A stretch of DNA of 64,000 nt, from positions 1,668 through 65,667 of the forward strand of contig CACYWL010000018.1 in the NCBI GenBank assembly GCA_902778055.1, read 5' to 3'. The notes under the pieces were generated by a model that was not told where the DNA came from, did not search any database, and saw nothing but the letters and a program-made list of their open reading frames with translations. Source of the DNA: an uncultured Eubacteriales bacterium. GTDB lineage: Bacteria > Bacillota > Clostridia > Christensenellales > Aristaeellaceae. The position numbers and the translations under genes were made by a program. Below are positions 56,025 to 64,000 of this stretch, piece by piece. The number at the start of each line of letters is the position of its first letter. The first letter of the stretch is position 1.

Positions 56025-57767
56025 ATGCAGAAGAATGATAAGTTGGAGCGGCGCCCGCGGCGCCGGGTTCTGATTGTCGATGATGAAATCATTGACCGCC
56101 AGCTGCTGAAGGCCATTGTCTCCCGGAAGTACGAGGTTCTCTGCGCCGAAAGCGGGGAGGAGGCTCTGGAAACCATCCGGAGCCAGCCGCTGAGCCTTGT
56201 TCTGCTGGATCTGATCATGCCCGGCATGAACGGCTATGAGGTGCTCCGGGCCATCCGGAAGGACCCCGCCCTTCGTCAGCTTCCGGTCATCGTCCTGACC
56301 GCGGAAAAGGACGCGGAGGTGGAAACGCTCCGCCTCGGCGCGACGGATTTTATTCCCAAGCCCTTTTACATGCCCGAGGTGATTCTCGCCCGGATCGACC
56401 GGTCCATTGAGCTGGCCGAGGACAAGCTGATCATCAGCGGCGCGGAAACCGATCCCCTGACCGGTCTGTACAAGCAGGATTTCTTCCTGCATTATGCCCG
56501 TCAGCTGGACCGCTTTGAGCCGGACCTTCCGATGGATGCCGTCGTCCTGAACGTCAACCGTTTTCATCTGGTCAACGAGCTTTACGGCCGGGCTTTCGGC
56601 GATTCGCTGCTCCGGGAAATCGGGAGCATCCTCCGCCGGCTGGTCCAGGGCACGCCCGGCCTCGCCGGCCGGACGGCTTCGGATACCTTCGTCCTTTATC
56701 TGCCCCATCGGGAGGATTATGAAGCCTCCCTTCTGGCGCCTCTGGCCGCAGCGGGAGGCGCCCCCGGCCGCGCCAGGGCGACCGTCCGGGTCGGGATCTA
56801 TCCCCTCGCGGCAAAATCCGCGGATCTGGAGCAGCGCCTGGACCGGGCGAATCTGGCCTGCAGCCGGCTGAGGGGAAACTATGCAACCGCCTGCGCCTAC
56901 TATGATACCTCCACCCATGAGGAGGAACTCCGGGAGGAGCGGCTCATCAGCGGCATGGAGACCGCCCTGCAGGAAAGGCAGTTCCGGGTTTTCTATCAGC
57001 CGAAGTATCTGATCCAGGGAAGCCGTCCCGTCCTGGCCAGCGCGGAGGCGCTGATCCGGTGGTTCCACCCCGAAAGGGGCATGATTCCCCCCGCCTCCTT
57101 CATCCCGCTCTTTGAACAGAACGGGCTCATCTCCCGGCTGGATCACTATGTCTGGCGGGAGGTTGCGGAGCAGATCCGCGCCTGGAAGGACCGCTACGAC
57201 TTCTCCGTTCCCGTCTCCGTCAACGTCTCCCGGGTGGATCTCTTTGATCCGGGCCTGGAGGACACGCTGCGGGAGGTGCTGGATGCCTGCGGACTGGAGC
57301 CCTCGGAGTATCTGCTGGAAATCACCGAATCCTCCTATACGGATCATGCCGAGCAGCTGGTGGAAACGGTTCGCCGTCTGCGCGCCCTGGGCTTTCAGGT
57401 GGAGATGGACGACTTCGGGACCGGCTATTCCTCTCTGAATATGCTGACCGCGCTGCCCATCGACACCCTCAAGCTTGATATGGGGTTCATCCGGAACATC
57501 GCCTCCAGCCCGAAGGATCTCCGCATGGTCGAGCTGATGCTGGACCTTGCGAAGTTCCTTGCGGTTCCGGTGGTCGCGGAGGGCGTGGAGACCGAGGAAC
57601 AGTACCGGCTGCTGAAGAACGCCGGCTGCGAGCTCATTCAGGGCTATTATTTCTCCCGTCCCGTTCCGCCGGAGGAATTTGCCCTGCTGATTGAAAAAGA
57701 ACTGAAGGAAAGAGAATCGGACGCGCAAAACGGCGCGGACCAGACGGGGAGGAATGAATCATGCTGA
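56025..57767 (+). CDS. response regulator: REC + degenerate GGDEF + active-looking EAL (c-di-GMP phosphodiesterase)
   Basis: The REC domain has VLIVDDE and LVLLDLIMPGMNG. The GGDEF position reads GRTASDTF. EAL motifs are intact: EALIRW, EITES, DDFGTGYSSL, KLD, EGVETEEQ and QGYYFSRP. Confidence 0.85.
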   Translation: MQKNDKLERRPRRRVLIVDDEIIDRQLLKAIVSRKYEVLCAESGEEALETIRSQPLSLVLLDLIMPGMNGYEVLRAIRKDPALRQLPVIVLTAEKDAEVETLRLGATDFIPKPFYMPEVILARIDRSIELAEDKLIISGAETDPLTGLYKQDFFLHYARQLDRFEPDLPMDAVVLNVNRFHLVNELYGRAFGDSLLREIGSILRRLVQGTPGLAGRTASDTFVLYLPHREDYEASLLAPLAAAGGAPGRARATVRVGIYPLAAKSADLEQRLDRANLACSRLRGNYATACAYYDTSTHEEELREERLISGMETALQERQFRVFYQPKYLIQGSRPVLASAEALIRWFHPERGMIPPASFIPLFEQNGLISRLDHYVWREVAEQIRAWKDRYDFSVPVSVNVSRVDLFDPGLEDTLREVLDACGLEPSEYLLEITESSYTDHAEQLVETVRRLRALGFQVEMDDFGTGYSSLNMLTALPIDTLKLDMGFIRNIASSPKDLRMVELMLDLAKFLAVPVVAEGVETEEQYRLLKNAGCELIQGYYFSRPVPPEEFALLIEKELKERESDAQNGADQTGRNESC

Positions 57768-58099
57768 CACTGGAAGCGCTCCGGAGCTACGGAGCCGACG
57801 TCGAGGAAGGCCTGCACCGCTGCATGAACATGGAAGCCTTCTATCTGAAGCTCTTTGATTCCCTGAAGGGGGATACGCGGGTGGAGGAGCTGAAGGCCGC
57901 CATTGCCGCAAAGGATCTGGACCGGGCCTTCGAAACCGCCCACGCCCTGAAGGGGATTTACGGCAACCTGTCCCTGACGCCGCTTTTCCAGCCGATTCAG
58001 GAGCTGACAGAGCTGCTCCGTGCCCGGAAGGATACGGATTATTCCGCCCTTCTGGCGGAGATTACCGCCCAGAAGGAGAAGCTGGACGCCCTCCTGTGA
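57761..58099 (+). CDS. Hpt (histidine phosphotransfer) domain protein
   Basis: 112 aa with the HALKG phospho-His motif in a four-helix-type sequence. The start overlaps the REC-EAL gene by 7 nt. Confidence 0.75.
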   Translation: MLTLEALRSYGADVEEGLHRCMNMEAFYLKLFDSLKGDTRVEELKAAIAAKDLDRAFETAHALKGIYGNLSLTPLFQPIQELTELLRARKDTDYSALLAEITAQKEKLDALL

Positions 58100-58125
58100 T
58101 GTCCTCCGCGGAATTTCGCTGCGTG

Positions 58126-58155
58126 AAAACGGCCGCCCGTCCGGGCGGCCGTTTT
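58126..58155. terminator. bidirectional terminator between the Hpt gene and the ABC ATPase gene
   Basis: The sequence aaaacggccgcccg-tc-cgggcggccgtttt has A and T runs on both sides. Confidence 0.8.
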
Positions 58156-58168
58156 GCTGTTTGTCTCT

Positions 58169-58912
58169 TCAATCCTGGGCCAGAAAGCGCTTCAGGAATT
58201 CCCTTGTACGGGTGTCCTCCGGGTTCACCAGCACCTGGGAAGGCGGCCCCTCCTCGGCAATGACCCCGTCCGCCATGTAGACCACATGGGTGCTGACATC
58301 CCGAGCAAAGGCCATCTCATGGGTCACGACCAGCATGGTCATCCGTTCCGACGCCAGGCTTTTCATGACATCCAGCACCTCCCCCACCATCTCCGGATCC
58401 AGCGCGGAGGTCGGCTCGTCAAAGAGCAGCACCTCCGGCTCCATGGCCAGCGCCCTTGCAATGGCAACGCGCTGCTTCTGGCCGCCGGAAATCTGGGCGG
58501 GCCGGGCGTTGATATAGGGCAGCATGCCGACCTTTTTCAGGTAGTACAGCGCCCGCTTCCGCGCCTCCTCCTTCGGAACCCTGCTGACCTTTCTCTGGCC
58601 GATGACGCAGTTCTCCAGCACTGAAAGGTTGTTGAACAGGTTGAAGCTCTGAAAAACCATGCCCACCCTCGCCCGGTAGGCGCTCTGGTTCAGCTTTCCG
58701 CCGGTGACGCTTTCCCCGTGGAACAGGATCTCCCCCGTGGTCAGCGTTTCCAGCAGGTTGATGCACCGCAGCAGCGTGCTCTTCCCGCTGCCGCTGGCCC
58801 CGATGATGGAGGTCACGTCTCCCTTCCGGACCGTGAAGTCCACATCCTTCAGCACCGCGTGGGTGCCGAAGGTTTTGGAGAGATGCCGGATTTCCAGGAT
58901 GTTCTCGTTCAT
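58169..58912 (-). CDS. amino-acid ABC transporter ATP-binding protein
   Basis: Walker A is GASGSGKST, the signature motif is ISGGQKQRV, and Walker B is [11 protein letters not shown]. It is of the GlnQ/ArtP type. Confidence 0.9.
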   Translation of the reverse strand: MNENILEIRHLSKTFGTHAVLKDVDFTVRKGDVTSIIGASGSGKSTLLRCINLLETLTTGEILFHGESVTGGKLNQSAYRARVGMVFQSFNLFNNLSVLENCVIGQRKVSRVPKEEARKRALYYLKKVGMLPYINARPAQISGGQKQRVAIARALAMEPEVLLFDEPTSALDPEMVGEVLDVMKSLASERMTMLVVTHEMAFARDVSTHVVYMADGVIAEEGPPSQVLVNPEDTRTREFLKRFLAQD

Positions 58913-59733
58913 GGCTTCTCCCCCTGATAATCCCGGCTCTTCTCCTCGTAGGGAGCCTCTCCGGTGAATTTGTAGGTTCCTGCGGTCATCACCAGCTGGT
59001 CCTCGTTCACCAGCTCATAGTTTCCCTTGCCCTCCATCCGCTTTTCCAGCCTGCGCAGCAGGAAGCTGGCCAGCAGGGTCAGGCACAGATACCCGCCCAT
59101 CTCCAGAAATGCGGAGGGGAAGTACTTGAACACCGCGCCGCTGACCATTTTGTGCACGGCAAAGAAATCCTGGAAGCCGATGATGAACATGACCGAGGTA
59201 TCCTTGACGTTGATGATGTAATTGTTTCCGATCTGGGGCATGATGTTCCGCAGGGTCTGGGGCAGCACAATATACAGCATGGTCTGGAAATGGTTCATGC
59301 CGATCGCCCGGGCGCCCTCAAACTGGCCCGCGTCGATGCTCATGATGCCGCCGCGGACGGATTCCGCCATATACGCGCCGGTATTGATGGAAACCACCAG
59401 AATGCTGACCGTCCAGATGTCCCGGAAGCTGACGCCGAAGAAGTAGGGCATTCCGTAATAGATAAACACGGCCTGCAGGATCATGGGCGTTCCCCGGAAA
59501 ACCTCGACATAGACCCGGATGATCCCCCGCAGCAGCCGAAGCAGCGCACGCTTCACCCACAGATCGCCGGGCAGGCAGGGGATGGTCTGCAGAATACCGC
59601 AGATAAAGCCGATCACACAGCCGATCAGGGTGGACACCGTAGCCAGGATCAGCGTGTTCAGGATGCCTGTCAGATAGACCGTGCCGTATTTGGCCCAGAT
59701 GGATCCGATGTCTGTAAACAGCTGTTCGACCAT
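58909..59733 (-). CDS. amino-acid ABC transporter permease
   Basis: 274 aa. It has the His/Glu/Gln/Arg-type permease core ([37 protein letters not shown]). It overlaps the ATPase gene start. Confidence 0.85.
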   Translation of the reverse strand: MVEQLFTDIGSIWAKYGTVYLTGILNTLILATVSTLIGCVIGFICGILQTIPCLPGDLWVKRALLRLLRGIIRVYVEVFRGTPMILQAVFIYYGMPYFFGVSFRDIWTVSILVVSINTGAYMAESVRGGIMSIDAGQFEGARAIGMNHFQTMLYIVLPQTLRNIMPQIGNNYIINVKDTSVMFIIGFQDFFAVHKMVSGAVFKYFPSAFLEMGGYLCLTLLASFLLRRLEKRMEGKGNYELVNEDQLVMTAGTYKFTGEAPYEEKSRDYQGEKP

Positions 59734-59744
59734 GCCGCTCCCCT

Positions 59745-60575
59745 TTACTCGCTCAGGGGCTGCACGGCAATCGCATCCGCCATCAGGGCGTTGAAGTCCT
59801 CTGCCGTTTTGTCCTTCAGGCAGGCGTTGATCGCGTCCAGCAGCTCGGTATTGCCCTTCCGGACGGAGATTCCGATATTGATATCCTCCTGGGAAACCGC
59901 GAAGTCATCCCCGGTGCCCGCAAAGTCCAGCAGCTTCAGATCCGGGTAGGCGATCAGGGCGCCCTGGGCCGTAGGCATGTCGGTGCACACGAAGTCGACG
60001 GTTCCGCTTTCAACCGCCATCAGCATGGCCGGCGCGGATTCCGCCGGAGGCACGATCGTCGCTCCCTTGACCTGGGGCAGGCAGGTGTCGTACCAGATGG
60101 TGCCGCTCTGGCTGGTCGCGGTTCCGCTCAGCCCGCTGATGCCCTTCGCTTCCGTGTTCGGATTTCCTTCCTTCGCCAGGCAGACGATCGTGGCGTAGAG
60201 ATAGGGTCCCGCGAAGTCCACGGCTTCCATCCGCGCGGCCGTCATGCTCTGGCCGGCGATCACCGCGTCCGCAATGCCGCTCTGCACGGCGGGGATCAGG
60301 CTGTCCCAGTCCAGCTGCATGATTTCAAGCTGCCATCCGTTCGCCTCGCAGATGGCCTTGGCCGTCATCACATCGTATCCGTTGGCATACTGGCCCGGAT
60401 GATCCTTGATCGGCACCGCGCCGTTGCTGTCGTCCGGCTGGGCCCAGTTGTACGGGGCGTAGGCGCATTCCATCGCGACGGTCAGCACGCCGTCCTCCAC
60501 CCCGGTCTCCGCAGCCGCGATCCCCGCCGCGGCCGCCAGCATCATCGCCATGATCAAAGCCAGCATCTTCTTCAT
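59745..60575 (-). CDS. amino-acid ABC transporter substrate-binding protein (family 3)
   Basis: It has a signal peptide (MKKMLALIMAMMLAAAAGIAAA). DVMTAKAICEANGW and DAVIAGQSMTAARM are typical of polar amino-acid binding proteins. Confidence 0.8.
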   Translation of the reverse strand: MKKMLALIMAMMLAAAAGIAAAETGVEDGVLTVAMECAYAPYNWAQPDDSNGAVPIKDHPGQYANGYDVMTAKAICEANGWQLEIMQLDWDSLIPAVQSGIADAVIAGQSMTAARMEAVDFAGPYLYATIVCLAKEGNPNTEAKGISGLSGTATSQSGTIWYDTCLPQVKGATIVPPAESAPAMLMAVESGTVDFVCTDMPTAQGALIAYPDLKLLDFAGTGDDFAVSQEDINIGISVRKGNTELLDAINACLKDKTAEDFNALMADAIAVQPLSE

Positions 60576-60844
60576 TTCATTTTCCTCCTTGTCTGTTTTC
60601 CTTCCCTTTTCGGGGCCGGCATCTCCGGCGGACTGTCCGCCGGGCCGGAGCCCTCTGCGCCGCCTGCGCTTCTGAATGGGGATATGGTATCACAATTCGT
60701 CCGTTTTTCAAGGCCAAACCGCTCTCCTGTCCTGTTTTCCTTTTGTTTCTTCCCTCCCGGATTCTGAGCAGGGAAAAAACATTCCCCGCCCGGAAAGTAT
60801 GATAAGATGGATGCATGCGCGAGGAAAGGAAGGAACGCACAAAA

Positions 60845-63145
60845 ATGGTCAGACTGTATGAAAAGGGAATATATCTGCTGGGCGGCCGGAGCATCATACC
60901 CGAAGAGGAAGCCGGCGCCTTTTTTGCGGCCCGGGGCCTTCAGAAGCCTCCCCGGGAGGCCGCCCGCCGGGGCACAATCTCCTGGACCGTGCTGCAGGCG
61001 CACAACCGCTCCGACGATCCGGAGCAGCTTCGCCTCCGCTTTGACGCCCTGGCCTCCCATGACATTACCTTCGTCGGCATCATCCAGACGGCGCGGGCCT
61101 CCGGCATGGATCATTTCCCCCTGCCCTATGTCCTGACCAACTGTCATAACACGCTCTGCGCCGTAGGCGGCACCATCAACGAGGATGACCATCTGTTCGG
61201 CCTTTCCGCCGCGCGGAAATACGGCGGCATCTTTGTTCCCCCCCATATCGCCGTGATCCATCAGTATATGCGGGAGATGCATGCCGGCTGCGGAAAGATG
61301 ATTCTCGGTTCCGACAGCCACACCCGTTACGGCGCCCTGGGCACGATGGCCGTCGGCGAGGGCGGCGGCGAACTGGTCAAGCAGCTGCTGGAGGACACCT
61401 ATGATCTCCGGTATCCCGGCGTCGTCTGCGTATATCTGGAAGGAAAGCCCCAGCCCTTTGTCGGCCCCCAGGATATCGCCCTGGCCATCATCCGCGCGGT
61501 CTTCCGGAACGGATATGTGAAGAATAAGGTGATGGAGTTTGTCGGCCCCGGCGTGTCCGCCATGAGCACGGATTTCCGCAACGGCGTGGACGTCATGACG
61601 ACGGAGACGACCTGTCTCTCCTCCATCTGGCGGACGGATGAGGAAACCCGCTCCTTTCTGAAAGTGCACGGCCGGGAGGCGGATTTCATTCCCCTGAGGC
61701 CCGCGGATCTGGCGTACTATGACGGCTGCGTCCGGGTCAATCTCTCCGCGGTGCGGCCGATGATCGCCCTTCCCTTCCACCCCTCCAACGCCTATACGAT
61801 TGATGAGCTGAACGCAAACCTCACGGATATTCTCGCCCAGACGGAGAAGGAAGCCGAAAAGGTCTCCGGCGGACGCGCCCCCTTCACCCTTCTGGACAAG
61901 GTCCGGGACGGAAGGCTCCATGTCCAGCAGGGCGTTATTGCCGGCTGCGCGGGCGGAAACTATACCAACGTCGTCGAGGCGGCGAATCTGCTGAAGGGCC
62001 GGGATCTCGGCTCCGGGGAGTTCTCCCTGTCCGTCTATCCCTCCTCCCAGCCGGTGCTGCTGAATCTGACCCGCCAGGGCTATGCGGCGGATCTGATGGA
62101 AGCCGGAGCCATCCTGCGCTCCGCCTTCTGCGGCCCCTGCTTCGGCGCCGGGGATACCCCCAGTCACAATGCCCTCTCCGTCCGCCATACGACGCGGAAT
62201 TTCCCGAACCGGGAGGGCTCGAAGCCCGGCAGCGGCCAGATGGCCGCCGTCGCTCTCATGGATGCCCGCTCCATCGCCGCCACGGCAGCCTCCGGCGGCG
62301 TCCTGACCTCGGCGGAAGCCTTTGACGGCTGGGGCCGGGTGCCGGAATATACCTTTGACGGCACCGTCTATGACCGCCGGGTCTACCGCGGCTTCGGCCG
62401 TCCGACCGGAGAAGAGCTGATCTCCGGCCCCAATATCCGGCCCTGGCCGCAGATGAGTTCCCTGACGGAAAACATTCTTCTGCGGGTCTGCTCCAAAATA
62501 CTGGATCCCGTCACCACGACGGACGAACTCATTCCCTCCGGGGAAACCTCCTCCTACCGTTCCAACCCGCTGGGTCTGGCGGAGTTTACCCTCTCCCGGC
62601 GCGATCCGGAATATGTCGGCCGCTCCAAGGCGGTGGACCGGCTGGAAAAGGCCCGCGCCGCCGGGGAGGACGTTCTGGCGGCCGAGCCCGGGCTGAAGGA
62701 GGTCTTCGCGCTTCTCCGCACCCTGCCGGGCCAGGAGGAGCTGGATCCCGCCGCCACGGAAATCGGCTCGGTGATTTACGCGGTCCGGCCCGGGGACGGC
62801 TCTGCCCGCGAGCAGGCCGCATCCTGCCAGCGGGTGCTCGGCGGTCTGGCCAACATCGCCCGGGAATATGCCACCAAGCGCTACCGTTCCAATGTGATCA
62901 ACTGGGGAATGCTCCCCTTCCAGATGGAGGCCGATCCGGAGGACTTCGATGTGGGCAGCTATATCTTTGTCCCCGGTGTTCTCGCCGCCCTTTCCGGGGA
63001 TCTGAAGGAGATCCCGGCCTGGGCGGTCCGGGACGGCGCCCTCCGGCCGCTGAAGCTGTATCTCGCCGAAATGACGGAGGATGAGAAGGCCATTGTCCGC
63101 GCGGGCTGCCTGATCAACTTCAACCGTCAGCGCCGGGGGCTTTGA
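60845..63145 (+). CDS. aconitase-family Fe-S hydratase (substrate unassigned)
   Basis: Track ORF trimmed to [10 protein letters not shown]. Aconitase-family motifs are [23 protein letters not shown] and, in the swivel domain, [10 protein letters not shown]. Confidence 0.8.
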   Translation: MVRLYEKGIYLLGGRSIIPEEEAGAFFAARGLQKPPREAARRGTISWTVLQAHNRSDDPEQLRLRFDALASHDITFVGIIQTARASGMDHFPLPYVLTNCHNTLCAVGGTINEDDHLFGLSAARKYGGIFVPPHIAVIHQYMREMHAGCGKMILGSDSHTRYGALGTMAVGEGGGELVKQLLEDTYDLRYPGVVCVYLEGKPQPFVGPQDIALAIIRAVFRNGYVKNKVMEFVGPGVSAMSTDFRNGVDVMTTETTCLSSIWRTDEETRSFLKVHGREADFIPLRPADLAYYDGCVRVNLSAVRPMIALPFHPSNAYTIDELNANLTDILAQTEKEAEKVSGGRAPFTLLDKVRDGRLHVQQGVIAGCAGGNYTNVVEAANLLKGRDLGSGEFSLSVYPSSQPVLLNLTRQGYAADLMEAGAILRSAFCGPCFGAGDTPSHNALSVRHTTRNFPNREGSKPGSGQMAAVALMDARSIAATAASGGVLTSAEAFDGWGRVPEYTFDGTVYDRRVYRGFGRPTGEELISGPNIRPWPQMSSLTENILLRVCSKILDPVTTTDELIPSGETSSYRSNPLGLAEFTLSRRDPEYVGRSKAVDRLEKARAAGEDVLAAEPGLKEVFALLRTLPGQEELDPAATEIGSVIYAVRPGDGSAREQAASCQRVLGGLANIAREYATKRYRSNVINWGMLPFQMEADPEDFDVGSYIFVPGVLAALSGDLKEIPAWAVRDGALRPLKLYLAEMTEDEKAIVRAGCLINFNRQRRGL

Positions 63146-63208
63146 TTGACGAATCCGCCGGAGGCGTGTAAAATAAGAGCTCAGAGAAAAACCGGGAGGA
63201 ATAAGATC

Positions 63209-63847
63209 ATGGCGATTTCACTGGTAAAGCTTCCCACACAAAGGTACGGGCTGACGCTGAGGGTCTGCAAGGGGCATTTTGCGACCAATCACAGCCACAT
63301 CAATTACTATATCGACGTCACGGCTCAGAAGTTCCGCCTCAGCGAGGCCAAGGCCGTGGCCCGGGAGCTGACCAAGGAATACAAGTACCGCGGCGCGGTG
63401 GATACGATTCTCTGTCTCGACGGGACGGAGGTCATCGGCGCCTGCATGGCCAGCGACCTGATGAAATCCAATGTCCTGACCAGCAATGAGCACGGCAGCC
63501 TTTATGTGGTGACGCCGGAGCACGCCGTCGGCAGCCAGCTGATTTTCCGGGAAAACACGGTTCCCATGATTTCCGGCAAGCATGTGCTGATCCTCCTGGC
63601 CAGCGTTTCCACGGGATATACGGCCGATTCCGCGATGCAGGCGATCCGGTATTACGGCGGTCAGGTGGTCGGCATTGCCTCGATCTTCGCTTCCGTCTCC
63701 GAATGCCAGGGCATCCCGGTGACGCATATCTTTGACACCAGTGACCTTGCGGATTATCAGAGCTGGGATGCCAACAGCTGCCCCCTCTGCCGCCAGGGCG
63801 TCCGGCTGGACGCGCTGGTCAATTCCTACGGGTATTCGAATCTTTGA
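63209..63847 (+). CDS. type I phosphoribosyltransferase-like protein with a degenerate PRPP loop
   Basis: Track ORF trimmed to MAISLVKLP. It has a PRT-like fold pattern, but the PRPP motif reads VLILLASVSTGYTA and lacks the acidic pair. A C-terminal CPLC is present. Confidence 0.55.
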   Translation: MAISLVKLPTQRYGLTLRVCKGHFATNHSHINYYIDVTAQKFRLSEAKAVARELTKEYKYRGAVDTILCLDGTEVIGACMASDLMKSNVLTSNEHGSLYVVTPEHAVGSQLIFRENTVPMISGKHVLILLASVSTGYTADSAMQAIRYYGGQVVGIASIFASVSECQGIPVTHIFDTSDLADYQSWDANSCPLCRQGVRLDALVNSYGYSNL

Positions 63848-63887
63848 TCGTTCCTGAAGTCCGGCTCCTTCAAAGCCGGAGGCAGAC

Positions 63888-63927
63888 AAAGGCGCCCCGG
63901 GAGAAATCCTCTCCCGGGGCGCCTTTT
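63888..63927. terminator. bidirectional terminator at the convergent junction
   Basis: aaaggcgccccgggag-aaatcct-ctcccggggcgccttt is followed by T. A second small hairpin (tccggct/agccgga) lies at about 63860-63880. Confidence 0.7.
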
Positions 63928-63935
63928 GCTTTCCC

Positions 63936-64000
63936 TTATCCGACGTATTCGTATCCGGCCTCCTCGACCGCCCTGCGCAGCGCTTCCTCCGGCACATCGC
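63936..64000 (-). CDS. C-terminal fragment of an unidentified gene, possibly a heavy-metal-associated (HMA) domain protein
   Basis: The minus strand reads ...DVPEEALRRAVEEAGYEYVG-stop. This resembles the end of HMA/CopZ-type domains. Only 21 codons are visible. Confidence 0.3.
   Translation of the reverse strand, partial: DVPEEALRRAVEEAGYEYVG

Noticed and set aside
60576-60844. A GC-rich, hairpin-forming 5' leader of about 105 nt for the amino-acid ABC operon, considered as a possible riboswitch or attenuator.
   Set aside because: I could not match it to any riboswitch class I know (lysine, glycine, glutamine, SAM, T-box). No terminator or SD-sequestering alternative structure is evident. 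It is left unannotated.

Overview
This is a 64-kb chromosomal segment that is mostly housekeeping. It comes from a high-GC Gram-positive anaerobe. Gene content and operon layout look like Clostridia of the Oscillospiraceae/Ruminococcaceae type, but that taxonomic guess is inference only.

I call 54 protein-coding genes, 41 of them on the minus strand and 2 cut by the window edges. I also call a set of sigma-70-type promoters and rho-independent terminators that can be read directly. I found no rRNA, tRNA, CRISPR array, transposase, integrase, prophage gene or recognisable multi-gene defence island.

Core genes:
- argH (partial), leuS, gdhA, a class A PBP, an L,D-transpeptidase, recO, rpsF-ssb-rpsR
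- rel, recJ, secDF, ftsY, glyQS, zapA, a U32 peptidase, ppiB, dtd, uxuA, hemZ

Accessory-looking content:
- an AraC-linked sugar ABC transporter locus with three Gfo/Idh/MocA oxidoreductases
- an ECF sigma factor with a coupled membrane protein
- an amino-acid ABC transporter
- a REC-GGDEF(degenerate)-EAL protein with an overlapping Hpt gene
- an aconitase-family hydratase followed by a degenerate PRTase-like gene

Items most worth a second look:
1. An orphan 826-aa adenosine/AMP-deaminase-like protein fused to a C-terminal LOG/SLOG-like Rossmann domain (11277..13757). It has its own consensus promoter.
2. An OhrR-type repressor operon (gpx, thioredoxin-reductase homolog, trxA, ohrR). Its promoter is bracketed by two identical 16-bp operators, and its reductase lacks both NADPH-binding motifs (FFTR-like).
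3. A perfect 98-bp tandem duplication in the rel-hemZ spacer.

Caveats:
- CDS ends come from the supplied ORF track. Starts were re-chosen from Shine-Dalgarno and promoter context.
- Small motifs were located by counting in the printed sequence and may be off by 1-2 nt.
- Many long ORFs in the track are antisense or out-of-frame artefacts of the high GC content and were not called.
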